From Ktedonobacterales bacterium (lineage in GTDB: Bacteria > Chloroflexota > Ktedonobacteria > Ktedonobacterales > JADMIN01), in contig DASVOW010000411.1 in NCBI GenBank assembly GCA_036383155.1, positions 1 through 40,700 on the forward strand: a stretch of 40,700 nt of DNA, written 5' to 3'. A program made the translations under genes and the position numbers. The notes beneath the pieces are model-generated. The model was not told the DNA's origin. It was given only the letters and a program-made list of their open reading frames with translations, and did no database searches. Below, one piece after another: positions 1 through 8,975 of this stretch; the stretch's first letter is position 1; each line of letters opens with the position of its first letter.

Positions 1-2
1 AG

Positions 3-404
3 ACGCGCAAGATGGCGCAATTGAGTGCTCCACTCAACATCTACGACCTCTCATTGCTCGAACAGGTGCATGAAGTACAGAATCGCATCGCATTCTCAGG
101 CGAATGGATGGCCGCATGGTTAGAGGGCATGCTAAAAGTACAGCACGCCGATTATGGGGCACGTCTCGCTGAGCTAGAAATACCCGTGCTCATACTCCAT
201 GGTGAGAAGGATATGTGCTTTCCCGTTTCTGTAGCGCAGAGACTCAACACACACATTAGTCATCTGCCATACATCCACTTGGTGACAATACCGGCGACAG
301 GCCACTTTGCCCACATCGAAGCAACCGATATATGGAACGCGGCGGTGCTTCACTTCATGCAATCCGCACCCCAAGACGCTGTAAGCGCGACCACCATTCG
401 CTAA
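3..404 (+). CDS. alpha/beta-fold hydrolase, C-terminal fragment (gene starts upstream of the window)
   Basis: The frame of ORF 12..404 stays open back to base 3. LILHGEKDMCFP and IPATGHFAHIE resemble the acid (HGxxD) and catalytic-His (GH) segments at the C-terminal end of alpha/beta hydrolases. Only ~130 aa are present, so the nucleophile elbow lies outside the window. Confidence 0.7.
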   Translation, partial: TRKMAQLSAPLNIYDLSLLEQVHEVQNRIAFSGEWMAAWLEGMLKVQHADYGARLAELEIPVLILHGEKDMCFPVSVAQRLNTHISHLPYIHLVTIPATGHFAHIEATDIWNAAVLHFMQSAPQDAVSATTIR

Positions 405-419
405 GCACCTGCATCACCG

Positions 420-1715
420 TCATAGCCTCACGCCCACTCCTGCAGTCGGCTGCTCTGCATCCGCGCGTAATTCACCCGATTCCACCACGGGCGGCTTGCG
501 CCGTAACGTACGTGCGAAGAGCGGAAGTGCTGGCAAGAGGATCAGGCCCGACACCGCGAGCGCTACCCGCAGCGAGGCAAACAAGCCAATGGTACCGACC
601 AAAGGTCCACCGGCGATCTGGCCTAACGCATCAGCCTGGCCACTGACAGAGATCAACGTAGCGCGCACCCTGGAATCAATATGCTGGTTGAGCCAGGCAG
701 TATAAAGTGGCGCATACACGTTGCGCAACACGCCCGCGCTCCAGAACATCGCGACAGCGAGCGCGAAATTGCCAGCCAGCGCGAACCCAGTGATGGACAC
801 GATCAGCAGCACATTGATGGCCAGCAGTATTCGTGCAACTGCCGTATGGCTGCTCATATCGAGCCGACGGCGTATAATCTCCGACGCGATCAACTGGAGC
901 GGCACCGAGCCAATGCTCAGCATACCAAACCACACGACCGGTTTGAGTGTGCCAATCATCGGAAACGTGATATCTTCGAGAAAATGCGCCGTGGAGAGCC
1001 GGTCAAATCCCTCGCTAAACATGCCAAAGACTGCCGCGATTATCAGAATGTTCAGCAGGATGGGCCGCCGGCGTACCACTACCAGACCGCTTCGCGTCGT
1101 CTCGGCGATCTCGCGCCACGATGGAGACCCCTCTGCTGCTCCCCGTCTGAAGCCACTTTCGGGCATAATGCCGAGCATCACCATACCCAATGCAATCAGT
1201 AGTACACCGCCCAGCAGAATGGGGATGTTAATGTGCGTCGCGTTGGCAACCGCCACTCCGATAATGGTTCCGGCCACCCCTGTGACCTGTCCCACTTGTC
1301 CACTGCGGAGGAAGGCTATCCCCACGCGCGCCTCGCCCAATTCGTCGGTGATCCAGGCTTGTTCTGCGCCATCCATAAAGGTGACGCCGACGCCCCAGAC
1401 CACCTGCGCCAGCAAGATCACTCCAAATCGCGGAATCGATCCTTCCAGCGCAAAACCTACCCCCATGAGCACGAGGCCGGCAATGATCGCCAAGCGCCTG
1501 CTATAGACATCTGCCAGCACGCCAGTCGGCACCTGACAGAGAAACGCTGTTACCTCTAACACCGTGCCAACCAGCACGAGCTGTAGAGGGTTTAGATGCG
1601 CCTCCTGCACCTGATAGATCATATTGACGCTGACGATCAAAGCAAAGCACAGGGAGTATCCACCTGTCAGCAGTAGGTACACTGTGTAAGCGTTGCGAAT
1701 CCTAAAAAGCCCCAT
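420..1715 (-). CDS. MFS transporter
   Basis: 431-aa ORF with hydrophobic helices along its whole length (VYLLLTGGYSLCFALIVSV, LVLVGTVLEVTAFLCQV, IAGLVLMGVGFALEG and others). The loop GVLADVYSRRLAI resembles the MFS loop 2-3 motif. GAGGGTG lies ~10 nt upstream of ATG 1715. Confidence 0.8.
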   Translation of the reverse strand: MGLFRIRNAYTVYLLLTGGYSLCFALIVSVNMIYQVQEAHLNPLQLVLVGTVLEVTAFLCQVPTGVLADVYSRRLAIIAGLVLMGVGFALEGSIPRFGVILLAQVVWGVGVTFMDGAEQAWITDELGEARVGIAFLRSGQVGQVTGVAGTIIGVAVANATHINIPILLGGVLLIALGMVMLGIMPESGFRRGAAEGSPSWREIAETTRSGLVVVRRRPILLNILIIAAVFGMFSEGFDRLSTAHFLEDITFPMIGTLKPVVWFGMLSIGSVPLQLIASEIIRRRLDMSSHTAVARILLAINVLLIVSITGFALAGNFALAVAMFWSAGVLRNVYAPLYTAWLNQHIDSRVRATLISVSGQADALGQIAGGPLVGTIGLFASLRVALAVSGLILLPALPLFARTLRRKPPVVESGELRADAEQPTAGVGVRL

Positions 1716-2155
1716 AGTTCGTGTTCACCCTCAGGAGCGCGTATGGCAAGAAGATGCCTACCGCGCACAAAAAGACAAGGACGCCAAAAAGAGCAGGAGG
1801 GAAGGATGAACCGCAGAGGACCCGATGGATCTGGGAGAATGGCGCACATCTCCCATCAGGAGAAGAGGCACTGCAAAACGGCGAGACGGCAGTGCAAGCA
1901 TTAGTCGTCTCTGCTGATTATAGCCAGCAAACAGTCCCCAAACGACGCTTCTAAGAGACGTCGACGGGATTATCACTCGTCAGCATCGCGAATCTGATGG
2001 ATGCTGCGGCAGTGCCGTGTCGGAGGCCCACAACGGTTAGCAAGGAAAAGACTGTCACGAGCCGGGCCTTTCACTCACATGGCTGGCATCTGACTGGCGG
2101 CTATAGCCGATACGCGACATGCGCCGCCAGCTTCTGTAGGATGACATCTGGCACG

Positions 2156-2184
2156 AATATACGTGAGGACATCCCATGCGTCAA
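2156..2184 (-). promoter_or_regulatory. sigma-70-type promoter candidate (TTGACG-17 nt-TATATT) inside the 540-bp spacer upstream of the MFS gene
   Basis: Read on the minus strand: TTGACG (2184..2179), a 17-nt spacer, then TATATT (2161..2156). Sequence match only, with no transcript data. Confidence 0.3.
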
Positions 2185-2259
2185 GGTATCTAGCGACCTT
2201 CACCCAGAGATCGGTCAGATATCTGCTACCTTAGGCACGGTCTCGTCGCCCACTGCTGA

Positions 2260-3096
2260 TCAGAGTCCAGCGAAGACATCCTCTTCAGGAGTAGGGTACC
2301 TGCGGTCGGAGAGCGGCGGCGGCGTAAGCTGGAAGACCTCTGTACCCATAAAAGAACGCAGTTCTTCTTGCGTGGCGCGTGTCCAGGGGCTATCGGCGGG
2401 CAATTGCGTGGCGTGAGACATCATTGAGCGCATCTTCGCTTCAAACTCAGCGTCGGTGAGCGTGACGAACGTGGTGATGTCGGACATTGGCGTGCCCATC
2501 TCCTCAACGGGAATGGTTGCCTCGTCGCCACCAGGAATGAAGTCTTCCCCACGCTTCCGGGCCTCATCGCGCATTTGCAGTAGACGCTCGCGCGGCATCC
2601 CCTGGTAATAAACCTTGCGCACACGATGCGGCTCAAGCCCCGCCGTCGGGTAGTGCGCAGGGTCCGTTGCAGCTTCGAGAGCAGCAAGCGTGATGCGATG
2701 TATCGCCATGTGGTCCACATGTCCGTAACCGCCATTTGGCGCGAACGTCACCACCACATCGGGACGAAAACGGCGCACATGATGGACCACACGGCCCACC
2801 GCCTCATGTACATCAGCCTCCGCTAGATGTCCATCGATGTAATTGAGAAACGAGACATCGGTGACGCCTACCGCACTGCAGGCATTGCGCAGTTCTTGCT
2901 CGCGCACCTGCGCTAGATTTTCCTGCGTTGCGAGTGATGGATCTGCGATCTTCCCTTCCTCGCCACGAGTAGCGCAAACGATCGCGACTGTGTGGCCACC
3001 CATTGTTGCGCGGGCCATCGTGCCCGCCATCCCAAATGATTCGTCATCTGGATGCGCGAATATTCCCATCAAGCGCGGGGCTAACTGCTCTTGCAT
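2260..3096 (-). CDS. PIG-L/LmbE-family N-acetylglucosaminyl deacetylase (MshB/BshB-like)
   Basis: 278-aa ORF. GIFAHPDDESFGMAGT and GGYGHVDH are the metal-binding signatures of the PIG-L/LmbE deacetylase family. Confidence 0.85.
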   Translation of the reverse strand: MQEQLAPRLMGIFAHPDDESFGMAGTMARATMGGHTVAIVCATRGEEGKIADPSLATQENLAQVREQELRNACSAVGVTDVSFLNYIDGHLAEADVHEAVGRVVHHVRRFRPDVVVTFAPNGGYGHVDHMAIHRITLAALEAATDPAHYPTAGLEPHRVRKVYYQGMPRERLLQMRDEARKRGEDFIPGGDEATIPVEEMGTPMSDITTFVTLTDAEFEAKMRSMMSHATQLPADSPWTRATQEELRSFMGTEVFQLTPPPLSDRRYPTPEEDVFAGL

Positions 3097-3176
3097 GTCT
3101 TTTCTCTATTCCTCATTCTATTGCTCCTAAACCATTGAGGAGCCTCTACACGTCACATACACCTCTTTGTAATATA

Positions 3177-3194
3177 GTGCGCCATGTGCGCCAC
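3177..3194. repeat. 9-bp tandem direct repeat x2 (GTGCGCCAT GTGCGCCAC) in a divergent promoter region
   Basis: Read directly at 3177..3185 and 3186..3194, immediately after a TAATATAG -10-like stretch, between the divergently oriented deacetylase genes. Confidence 0.8.
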
Positions 3195-3406
3195 TGTCCG
3201 CATGTCTTTATTCACCCTTACGTTTGCCCCAACCTCTCTCACATCAATGCCCAAGTCCCCACAACTGCCGTGGATATACCACCTAGCGATAAGAAAATAC
3301 CGTGCGCTGCCAAGGCCTCCTCATAAATTGCAGCGCGGTTTCTGGGTAGGAAGCGCCTGTCCCTCAACATCTACTGTGCGTCCACACTCCAGCTTGCGGC
3401 AAGACT

Positions 3407-4744
3407 TTGACAGCGATGCGGCCATGTGGTAGCCATATGGAAGCGTCTCACGATACCAAGTGTGGGTACGTGAGCCAACGGGCAAACAGGGAGAGTACGT
3501 GCGTGGCAGACCAATCCGATCCACTTGACCAGTCGCAAAACACCGAATCAAAGACAAATCCGGTAGACGCCCCAATCGACGAGTCGTCCTCCAATCGTCT
3601 CCCTACGGCTCTCGTCTATGACCCTGCTTTCCTGGATCATCACGTTCCAGATGGCTTTCCTGAAGAGCCCGAACGTCTGAGGCGCAGTATCGCAATGATC
3701 GATGCCCTCATCGAGCAAGGGACATTGCCCGCCGAGCATATCTTGCGGCTAACGCCTCGCTCCGCCACCCACGACGAGATCACCGCGGTCCATGACAAAC
3801 GCTACGTCGAGCGCTTGCGCCGCGCTGTCGATTCCTTAATTGAGCGCTACGGCCCGGATGGCGATCCACAACGATTCGCCAATGAAGTGTACATATCGTC
3901 CGGCAGCTATCGTGCGGCTACGCTTGCCGCTGGTGCGCCCCTTGTCGCGCTTGACGCCATCGGCGAGGGCAGTGCTCGCAATGGCTACGCGCTCGTCCGC
4001 CCCCCCGGCCACCACGCCACAAGCAGCACCGGCATGGGCTTCTGCATCTTCAATAACATCGCCATCGCCGCCCGCTATGCGCAGCGGCGTTGGGGCTGGC
4101 AGCGCGTCCTCATTGTCGACTACGACGTTCACCACGGCAATGGAACACAAGACATCTTTTACGAAGATGGCGACGTACTGTACTTCTCTACCCACCAATT
4201 CCCACTTTATCCAGGGACCGGCAACTCCACCGAACGTGGCGCAGGCCCGGGACTGGGTGCCACCGTCAATGTACCCTTACCAGCCGAGTCCGGCTGGAGC
4301 GTCTACGATCCCATCTTCCGACAAGTGCTCTGGCCGGTCGCCGATCGTTTTAAGCCGGATGTGGTGCTGCTTTCTGCTGGGTTCGATGCCCACTGGCGTG
4401 ACCCGCTGGCGGAGATGCGACTCAGCACCGCCGACTACTCGGACCTCACCCTCGAAGTGGCTGAGATCGCCGATCGCTACTGTCAAGGCCGCCTTCTCGC
4501 TGTGCAGGAAGGCGGCTACGACCTCGACGCCGTTGCGCAGTGCGCTTCTACCGTGCTTGTCGCGCTCACCGGCAGTGATGGCATCGTAGACAACCTCGGC
4601 CAGCCCCAGCCCATTGACTTCCGCTGGAACGAAGAGGCCATCATCAAGGCGCTCTACGACCTCCACGGCCTGGCTGGATATCGTCGTAAAGCGCGTCGCC
4701 CTATCGAGCCGTCACAAATGACGAGTACCAGACCAAAGGAATAA
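3407..4744 (+). CDS. histone-deacetylase-family protein (AcuC / acetylpolyamine amidohydrolase-like)
   Basis: RPPGHHA, DYDVHHGNGTQDIFY and QEGGY motifs of the HDAC/arginase-fold deacetylases. The track ORF starts at TTG 3407. In-frame GTG 3503 has GGGAGAG 7 nt upstream and is my preferred start. The conserved domain begins near 3600. Confidence 0.85.
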   Translation: MTAMRPCGSHMEASHDTKCGYVSQRANRESTCVADQSDPLDQSQNTESKTNPVDAPIDESSSNRLPTALVYDPAFLDHHVPDGFPEEPERLRRSIAMIDALIEQGTLPAEHILRLTPRSATHDEITAVHDKRYVERLRRAVDSLIERYGPDGDPQRFANEVYISSGSYRAATLAAGAPLVALDAIGEGSARNGYALVRPPGHHATSSTGMGFCIFNNIAIAARYAQRRWGWQRVLIVDYDVHHGNGTQDIFYEDGDVLYFSTHQFPLYPGTGNSTERGAGPGLGATVNVPLPAESGWSVYDPIFRQVLWPVADRFKPDVVLLSAGFDAHWRDPLAEMRLSTADYSDLTLEVAEIADRYCQGRLLAVQEGGYDLDAVAQCASTVLVALTGSDGIVDNLGQPQPIDFRWNEEAIIKALYDLHGLAGYRRKARRPIEPSQMTSTRPKE

Positions 4745-4800
4745 GCCGCATCAAGCCTGGAACATCCAGCAATGCATCCAGCTTGTAGACCTGAGACATC

Positions 4801-4841
4801 GAGAGGCCAGCACAATGTCGTTGTCACCGTCTTGGCCTCTC
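4801..4841. terminator. hairpin between convergent genes (possible bidirectional terminator)
   Basis: GAGAGGCCA (4801..4809) pairs with TGGCCTCTC (4833..4841), with an inner ACAA/TTGT stem. There is no clear U-tract. Confidence 0.4.
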
Positions 4842-4859
4842 CACCAACTCGGCCTTCGC

Positions 4860-6599
4860 CTAGCCACTGATCGTACCGAGCAGTTGTATGACAGGGTGCC
4901 CATCGCTCAGACTCAGCCACTGATGCTGTGCCCCTCCAAGATCTGGCGATACGAGCATCACTGTCCCACCGCGTAGCAGGAATGTCTGCGCATTCTGATC
5001 GGCCGAGGAATTGGCAAGCACAGCATCAGCTGAGTTGTCGTCGCTCCTGCGTGCCACTACCGTCATATTGTGCGAATCCACCAGCCAGAGATCATGGCCG
5101 GTAATTGCACCATCTGCGGCTGTTGCATCCTGTGTCATAAACACATGCGTACCATCCGCCGCCGGGCTAATGCTAAGTGCGCCGCTAAATGTGATGTTCG
5201 CCGGAGCTGCAGGCCCACCGAGCGCAATGAAACCGAGCAGAATTGGGCCGTGTGCCCCCGAATCGAGCACAAAGCATTGCGCATCAGGGCTACCCTTCAT
5301 CAGATAGAGATGCGTTTGCGGAGTGGTAGTCGATGGCCCATGCGAGCTACCAGATACAACGCCCATGACGAGCTCCGATAATGTGAAGTCACCACTCAGA
5401 GCTAACTCCTGCACAGTTAGCCCAGTGCTTGTGTCAATGCGCCGCACTACGGCATAACGGTGTGCCGCATAGTCGGAGATCAACACCACATCGAAAAGCC
5501 AGCGACCATCTTCGGAAAGTGCCAGGCTATCGTTTGCGCCCTGCGTCACGTTGAATGAGCTGGCGTCAATGTGCGGCACAGCCGTCGGGAACGCCGAAAC
5601 GGGTAAGCTACCTGCCGGAGGCGGTGCAGGTATTACTCTCGTAAATTGCGCCCGCACACCTCCACGAATGGCACCTGTCCGCGCATTCACAGCGAGTGCA
5701 CGCACACTATCTGCCGCGGGATCAACAACATGCAGCCCGACATATACAATGGCACCATCGCCGGAAATTGCTAACGCATCGGCGTGCACGCCTGCTGGCA
5801 GCGAAGTAGCACCTGGCTGAGTCAGCCTTGTGGCAAAGCGTAGATCCCCAGTGGAGCTGTCGAATGCGACCAGCGCCTGCCTGCCATTCGCATCGCGGGC
5901 GGTCACCTCATAGATAGTCTTGCCATCAGGTGAGACACTGGCTGCCGTCGGCATATCTGCATTTCCGGCGATGCGCAGTAGGCCAATAGCGTTAGGCAGC
6001 GATCGCTGCACCACGCCGCTCTGCTCGTCTACTGCAATAACTTCAGCCACCTGCCAACTCTGGCCATCAGAACCGGTGACAGTTATCAACTTATCTGTGA
6101 GAGCAAGCAACATACCAGACGATGCCGCCGCTGGCACGCCATTGAGCCTGTTGGCGGACCGGGAGACACTGTAAGCGTTCACTGAGAACAGCACACCCAC
6201 CACGAGCAGTGCCACTAGCGCGGCGATGCCGACCGCACCTGCAATTCCAATGGCACCCCCCCGTCCGATGGCAGCCGCTATACGTAGCGTGCCGCGATAG
6301 AGCCGTCCCCGCCCTGCGCGTTTGCGCACCGTATCACGCAAGTCGGGCACCATCGCGACTGGCTCATTTCCCAGCGAGGACAGTAGTTCATAAGGCGCAC
6401 GGAGAGCCTGTGACCGCGCACCACAGGTCTCACAAACGGCAATATGCTCGCGCACGGCCAGCGCCACATCAGGAGGCAGCTCACCGGCGAACTCTGCGAC
6501 CAGCAGTTCCGGCTCAAGTGGGCATTGCAAAGTACGCAGACTGCGACGCCGCGTGGTGACTCGTTGTATCCGAACGGATGGTTGAAGAACATCCGGCAT
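4860..6599 (-). CDS. zf-HC2 anti-sigma factor with a large extracytoplasmic beta-propeller-like domain
   Basis: HIAVCETCG (H-x3-C-x2-C), then a single hydrophobic helix GIAALVALLVVGVLFSV, then ~430 aa with repeated SPDGKTIY / SGDGAIVYV / SEDGRWLF / ADGTHVF strands. GAGGAG lies 7 nt before ATG 6599. The gene is 123 bp downstream of a sigma gene on the same strand. Confidence 0.7.
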   Translation of the reverse strand: MPDVLQPSVRIQRVTTRRRSLRTLQCPLEPELLVAEFAGELPPDVALAVREHIAVCETCGARSQALRAPYELLSSLGNEPVAMVPDLRDTVRKRAGRGRLYRGTLRIAAAIGRGGAIGIAGAVGIAALVALLVVGVLFSVNAYSVSRSANRLNGVPAAASSGMLLALTDKLITVTGSDGQSWQVAEVIAVDEQSGVVQRSLPNAIGLLRIAGNADMPTAASVSPDGKTIYEVTARDANGRQALVAFDSSTGDLRFATRLTQPGATSLPAGVHADALAISGDGAIVYVGLHVVDPAADSVRALAVNARTGAIRGGVRAQFTRVIPAPPPAGSLPVSAFPTAVPHIDASSFNVTQGANDSLALSEDGRWLFDVVLISDYAAHRYAVVRRIDTSTGLTVQELALSGDFTLSELVMGVVSGSSHGPSTTTPQTHLYLMKGSPDAQCFVLDSGAHGPILLGFIALGGPAAPANITFSGALSISPAADGTHVFMTQDATAADGAITGHDLWLVDSHNMTVVARRSDDNSADAVLANSSADQNAQTFLLRGGTVMLVSPDLGGAQHQWLSLSDGHPVIQLLGTISG

Positions 6600-6722
6600 C
6601 CCGACACTCCTCGCCCACGCGACCTCTCATCTGGCGTGAGCCTGGGCTCGAACACGCCCAACAGGGCGCAAACGTCGCTTCGAGGGCGCTAAGCCCTTGC
6701 CTGCCACATATCATGATAACAT

Positions 6723-8561
6723 CTATAACGTTTCGCTAGCGATCTCTCCTGATGTTCCACTTCGTCCCGCCAGGGCAACTTGCGGCTGCTCAGTTGGGTG
6801 CTCCGCGTCGGCAGCATCAATCCCTGCACCCGCATCGCTTCCTATATTCGTCTCTTCCCCGCGATGCAGCATGTGCGCCAGAGTCACTCGATCCCCAGAG
6901 AGCGATGCGGTCAATACAGGCACGACTCTGGCTTCCCCCAAATTCTCAAGGGCCAAGTCGCTCGCCGGCGGCGCCTTCGTCAACACCGGCACCACACGGG
7001 CGCCACGTCCCATATCAACATGCCCCGACGATATCGAGGCAGGCTCGCTTTCCCTGCTATCGAGACGATCCTCACTATACTCTGCGGATGTTGCTTCGTC
7101 GTGTGGCACATCAAGTGCCGTCGACTCCGTTAAGACTGGTACCGCCCGTGCCTCGATTGAGGCGTTTGCGTCGACAGCCTTCTTGGCTCCGGCACCTGAA
7201 TCGGGGGAAGTAGTTTCATCGTTTACCACCTGAGCGAGACAAGGTGCTCCGTCTACCGGCAACTGTGATTCGCCATCATACACACTTGCCGGCAACGCAA
7301 TTTCTTCTAACGTCAAAGGAAACGAGTGCACAATGTCAGCATCGGCGGAAGCATAGGCCTCGGCCTCTACCCACACATCCCTCACCGCGAGAGGAATATC
7401 TGGTGGAGGCGGGAGCGCTGCCACCGGCTCAGGAACCTCTAGTGGCTCACCGACATGCGCCAGTGAGGTCTCGACAATCAAGGACTCGGCCTCTACAGGT
7501 GGCTTCGTCGCGGCATCGTTGACCTCAGGTGCCATATCATCATGAATTCGCCCATTCCATATGAGCGCCCCATCATCCTTTCCGAATGGATGCATGGCGA
7601 TATGCTCGTTCGTAGTGAGCGTATCGACTTCGAGATCATCTGCGAGGGCCTCTACCATTGACATATTCCGCTCGGCACCGTCGATTCGGGGGCCATCACC
7701 AGCAGGCACCTCAACTTGTGTCTCGAAGAAGTCGAGTGGGAGGCCCAAGCTCGCAGCAGCAGCAGTATAGCGCTGTGCGAACAGTGTAAGTCCATGTACA
7801 ATGCGCCGACGTGTCGCACTCGCGGTGATGCCAAGCGCCAGCGCGACCTCTGCCTGGTTCAGCCCAGCAACCAGGTGTAGTGCCAGGCACTGCGCGTCCC
7901 CGTACGGAAGCTCAGCCAAGACGGCACGCACCATCCGATGACGCAACGCCTCGCGCGGATCGGGCGCGTCACCTTCGTCCACCTCGGGCTGCCCTTCGCC
8001 GTCAGCGATATTTGTCTCTACCTGGTCAACTCGTGTGTGGTCAGTGCCCCTATGAGCATGACGTGGCTGTGTCTCACTTTCCGCAACATCGGCCCAGATT
8101 AGCTTGCGCACTTGGCGACTAGTCGATCCCGTCACTGTGGCGAGCTTGCCCAACCCAGCACGTAGGAAGTTAACCGCGGGTGAGTTGCCGCTGGGTAGCA
8201 ATCCTACAGGTCTGCGTGATTCCACAAGTCGCGGGCTCTTCGCTTCTCGTGGCCCTCGTAACATCTCAAGCCCTGCTTCGGTGCACGCGCGCAATAGCCA
8301 TAGGCGGAGCTGCCGCCCACCCTGCGACCCATGCAGTCGCCGCTCCATCCGTATGAAAACATGCTCGGCAAGGATTCGTGCTTTCGTAGGACTGCCAGTG
8401 AGGCGCGTCAGGTAGCGGGTAACCGGCGGCTGATATCGTGCTATCAGTGCGGCGAGAGCCCAATCAGCTCCTGCGCGTGCCTGCTCCACCAGACGTAGTT
8501 CGCGCTCGTGCTCAGCATCCAGCTTCGGCCCAACGTTAGGAAACACGTCCTGCCAGACCAT
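6723..8561 (-). CDS. sigma-70-family (ECF-like) sigma factor with a long r2-r4 linker and ~340-aa acidic C-terminal extension
   Basis: aa ~20-100 resemble ECF region 2 (ALIARYQPPVTRYLTRLTG, RLWLLRACTEAGLEMLR). aa ~205-262 resemble the region 4 HTH (LPYGDAQCLALHLVAGLNQAEVALALGITASATRRRIVHG). No region 3 is recognisable. The tail is Asp/Glu/Ala/Pro-rich with three ARxVPVLT repeats. Confidence 0.75.
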   Translation of the reverse strand: MVWQDVFPNVGPKLDAEHERELRLVEQARAGADWALAALIARYQPPVTRYLTRLTGSPTKARILAEHVFIRMERRLHGSQGGRQLRLWLLRACTEAGLEMLRGPREAKSPRLVESRRPVGLLPSGNSPAVNFLRAGLGKLATVTGSTSRQVRKLIWADVAESETQPRHAHRGTDHTRVDQVETNIADGEGQPEVDEGDAPDPREALRHRMVRAVLAELPYGDAQCLALHLVAGLNQAEVALALGITASATRRRIVHGLTLFAQRYTAAAASLGLPLDFFETQVEVPAGDGPRIDGAERNMSMVEALADDLEVDTLTTNEHIAMHPFGKDDGALIWNGRIHDDMAPEVNDAATKPPVEAESLIVETSLAHVGEPLEVPEPVAALPPPPDIPLAVRDVWVEAEAYASADADIVHSFPLTLEEIALPASVYDGESQLPVDGAPCLAQVVNDETTSPDSGAGAKKAVDANASIEARAVPVLTESTALDVPHDEATSAEYSEDRLDSRESEPASISSGHVDMGRGARVVPVLTKAPPASDLALENLGEARVVPVLTASLSGDRVTLAHMLHRGEETNIGSDAGAGIDAADAEHPTEQPQVALAGRSGTSGEIASETL

Positions 8562-8865
8562 CGGCTCCTACCCTTCCCATTTACGTCGTCTCGATGTCTA
8601 TAACGAATCAGCATCCGAACTATCTGTGGAGAGATACCACTGCCTCAGGTTGAATACACACTCCACACCAGCAAGCATACATTTCCTCCTAAGAAGGAGC
8701 ATGACGTACTCATTACTACGACGCATGAGCAGCATTCCTCGCTACGACACGCAATGCCAAAATCTCGCTCAGGCTATCATTGTGCCCAAATGTACCACAC
8801 GTTGTGTGCCAACTCCACCATTCCAACTGCCGAGTTTCATGCACTATGATGCATCTCGGCTGCTG

Positions 8866-8893
8866 TTGACATTACGACGGAAAAGGCGATAAT
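8866..8893 (+). promoter_or_regulatory. sigma-70-type promoter candidate (TTGACA-16 nt-GATAAT) for the comM-like gene
   Basis: TTGACA at 8866..8871 and GATAAT at 8888..8893. The -10 overlaps the ATG (8892) of the long track ORF, which argues for the internal start at 8976. Confidence 0.4.
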
Positions 8894-8975
8894 GGCGCCA
8901 GAGCGAGCATGTGGCGCTCGCGCGCAAATAGCAGGCGACACGCAACAGACGGAGTCCCACTGGAAGGATGGCAGC

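Noticed and set aside
721-1506. 261-aa ORF on the plus strand (with 681..1202 and 1233..1559)
   Set aside because: These ORFs are antisense or alternative frames of the MFS transporter gene, with Ser/Pro/Arg-rich composition and no motif.
2084-2098. TGGCATCTGACTGGC with canonical GG-N10-GC spacing on the plus strand
   Set aside because: It points into the 3' end of the deacetylase gene in antisense orientation, with no plus-strand gene downstream, and the -12 half is weak (TGGCG). It is probably fortuitous or at most an antisense promoter. It also forms half of the 2094..2130 hairpin.
1997-2416. 139-aa plus-strand ORF in the 1716..2259 spacer
   Set aside because: It overlaps the 3' end of the PIG-L deacetylase gene in antisense, has no SD or motif, and has Ser/Cys/Arg-rich composition.
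3840-4589. 249-aa alternative-frame ORF inside the HDAC-family gene (and antisense ORFs 3836..4198 and 4277..4666)
   Set aside because: The HDAC frame carries all the catalytic motifs, while the alternative frames are low-complexity Ala/Pro/Ser/Arg.
6697-7233. 178-aa plus-strand ORF (and 6752..7213, 6780..7133) opposite the sigma-factor tail
   Set aside because: These are shadow frames of the acidic tail. The minus-strand frame is continuous with sigma regions 2 and 4, and its repeats are conserved at peptide level.
8701-8892. 63-codon ORF with three Cys preceded by GAAGGAG (a possible small or RiPP-like peptide)
   Set aside because: The GGAG ends only 1 nt before the ATG, which is too close for an SD. 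The ORF runs through the comM promoter-like elements. No modification enzyme or dedicated transporter lies next to it.
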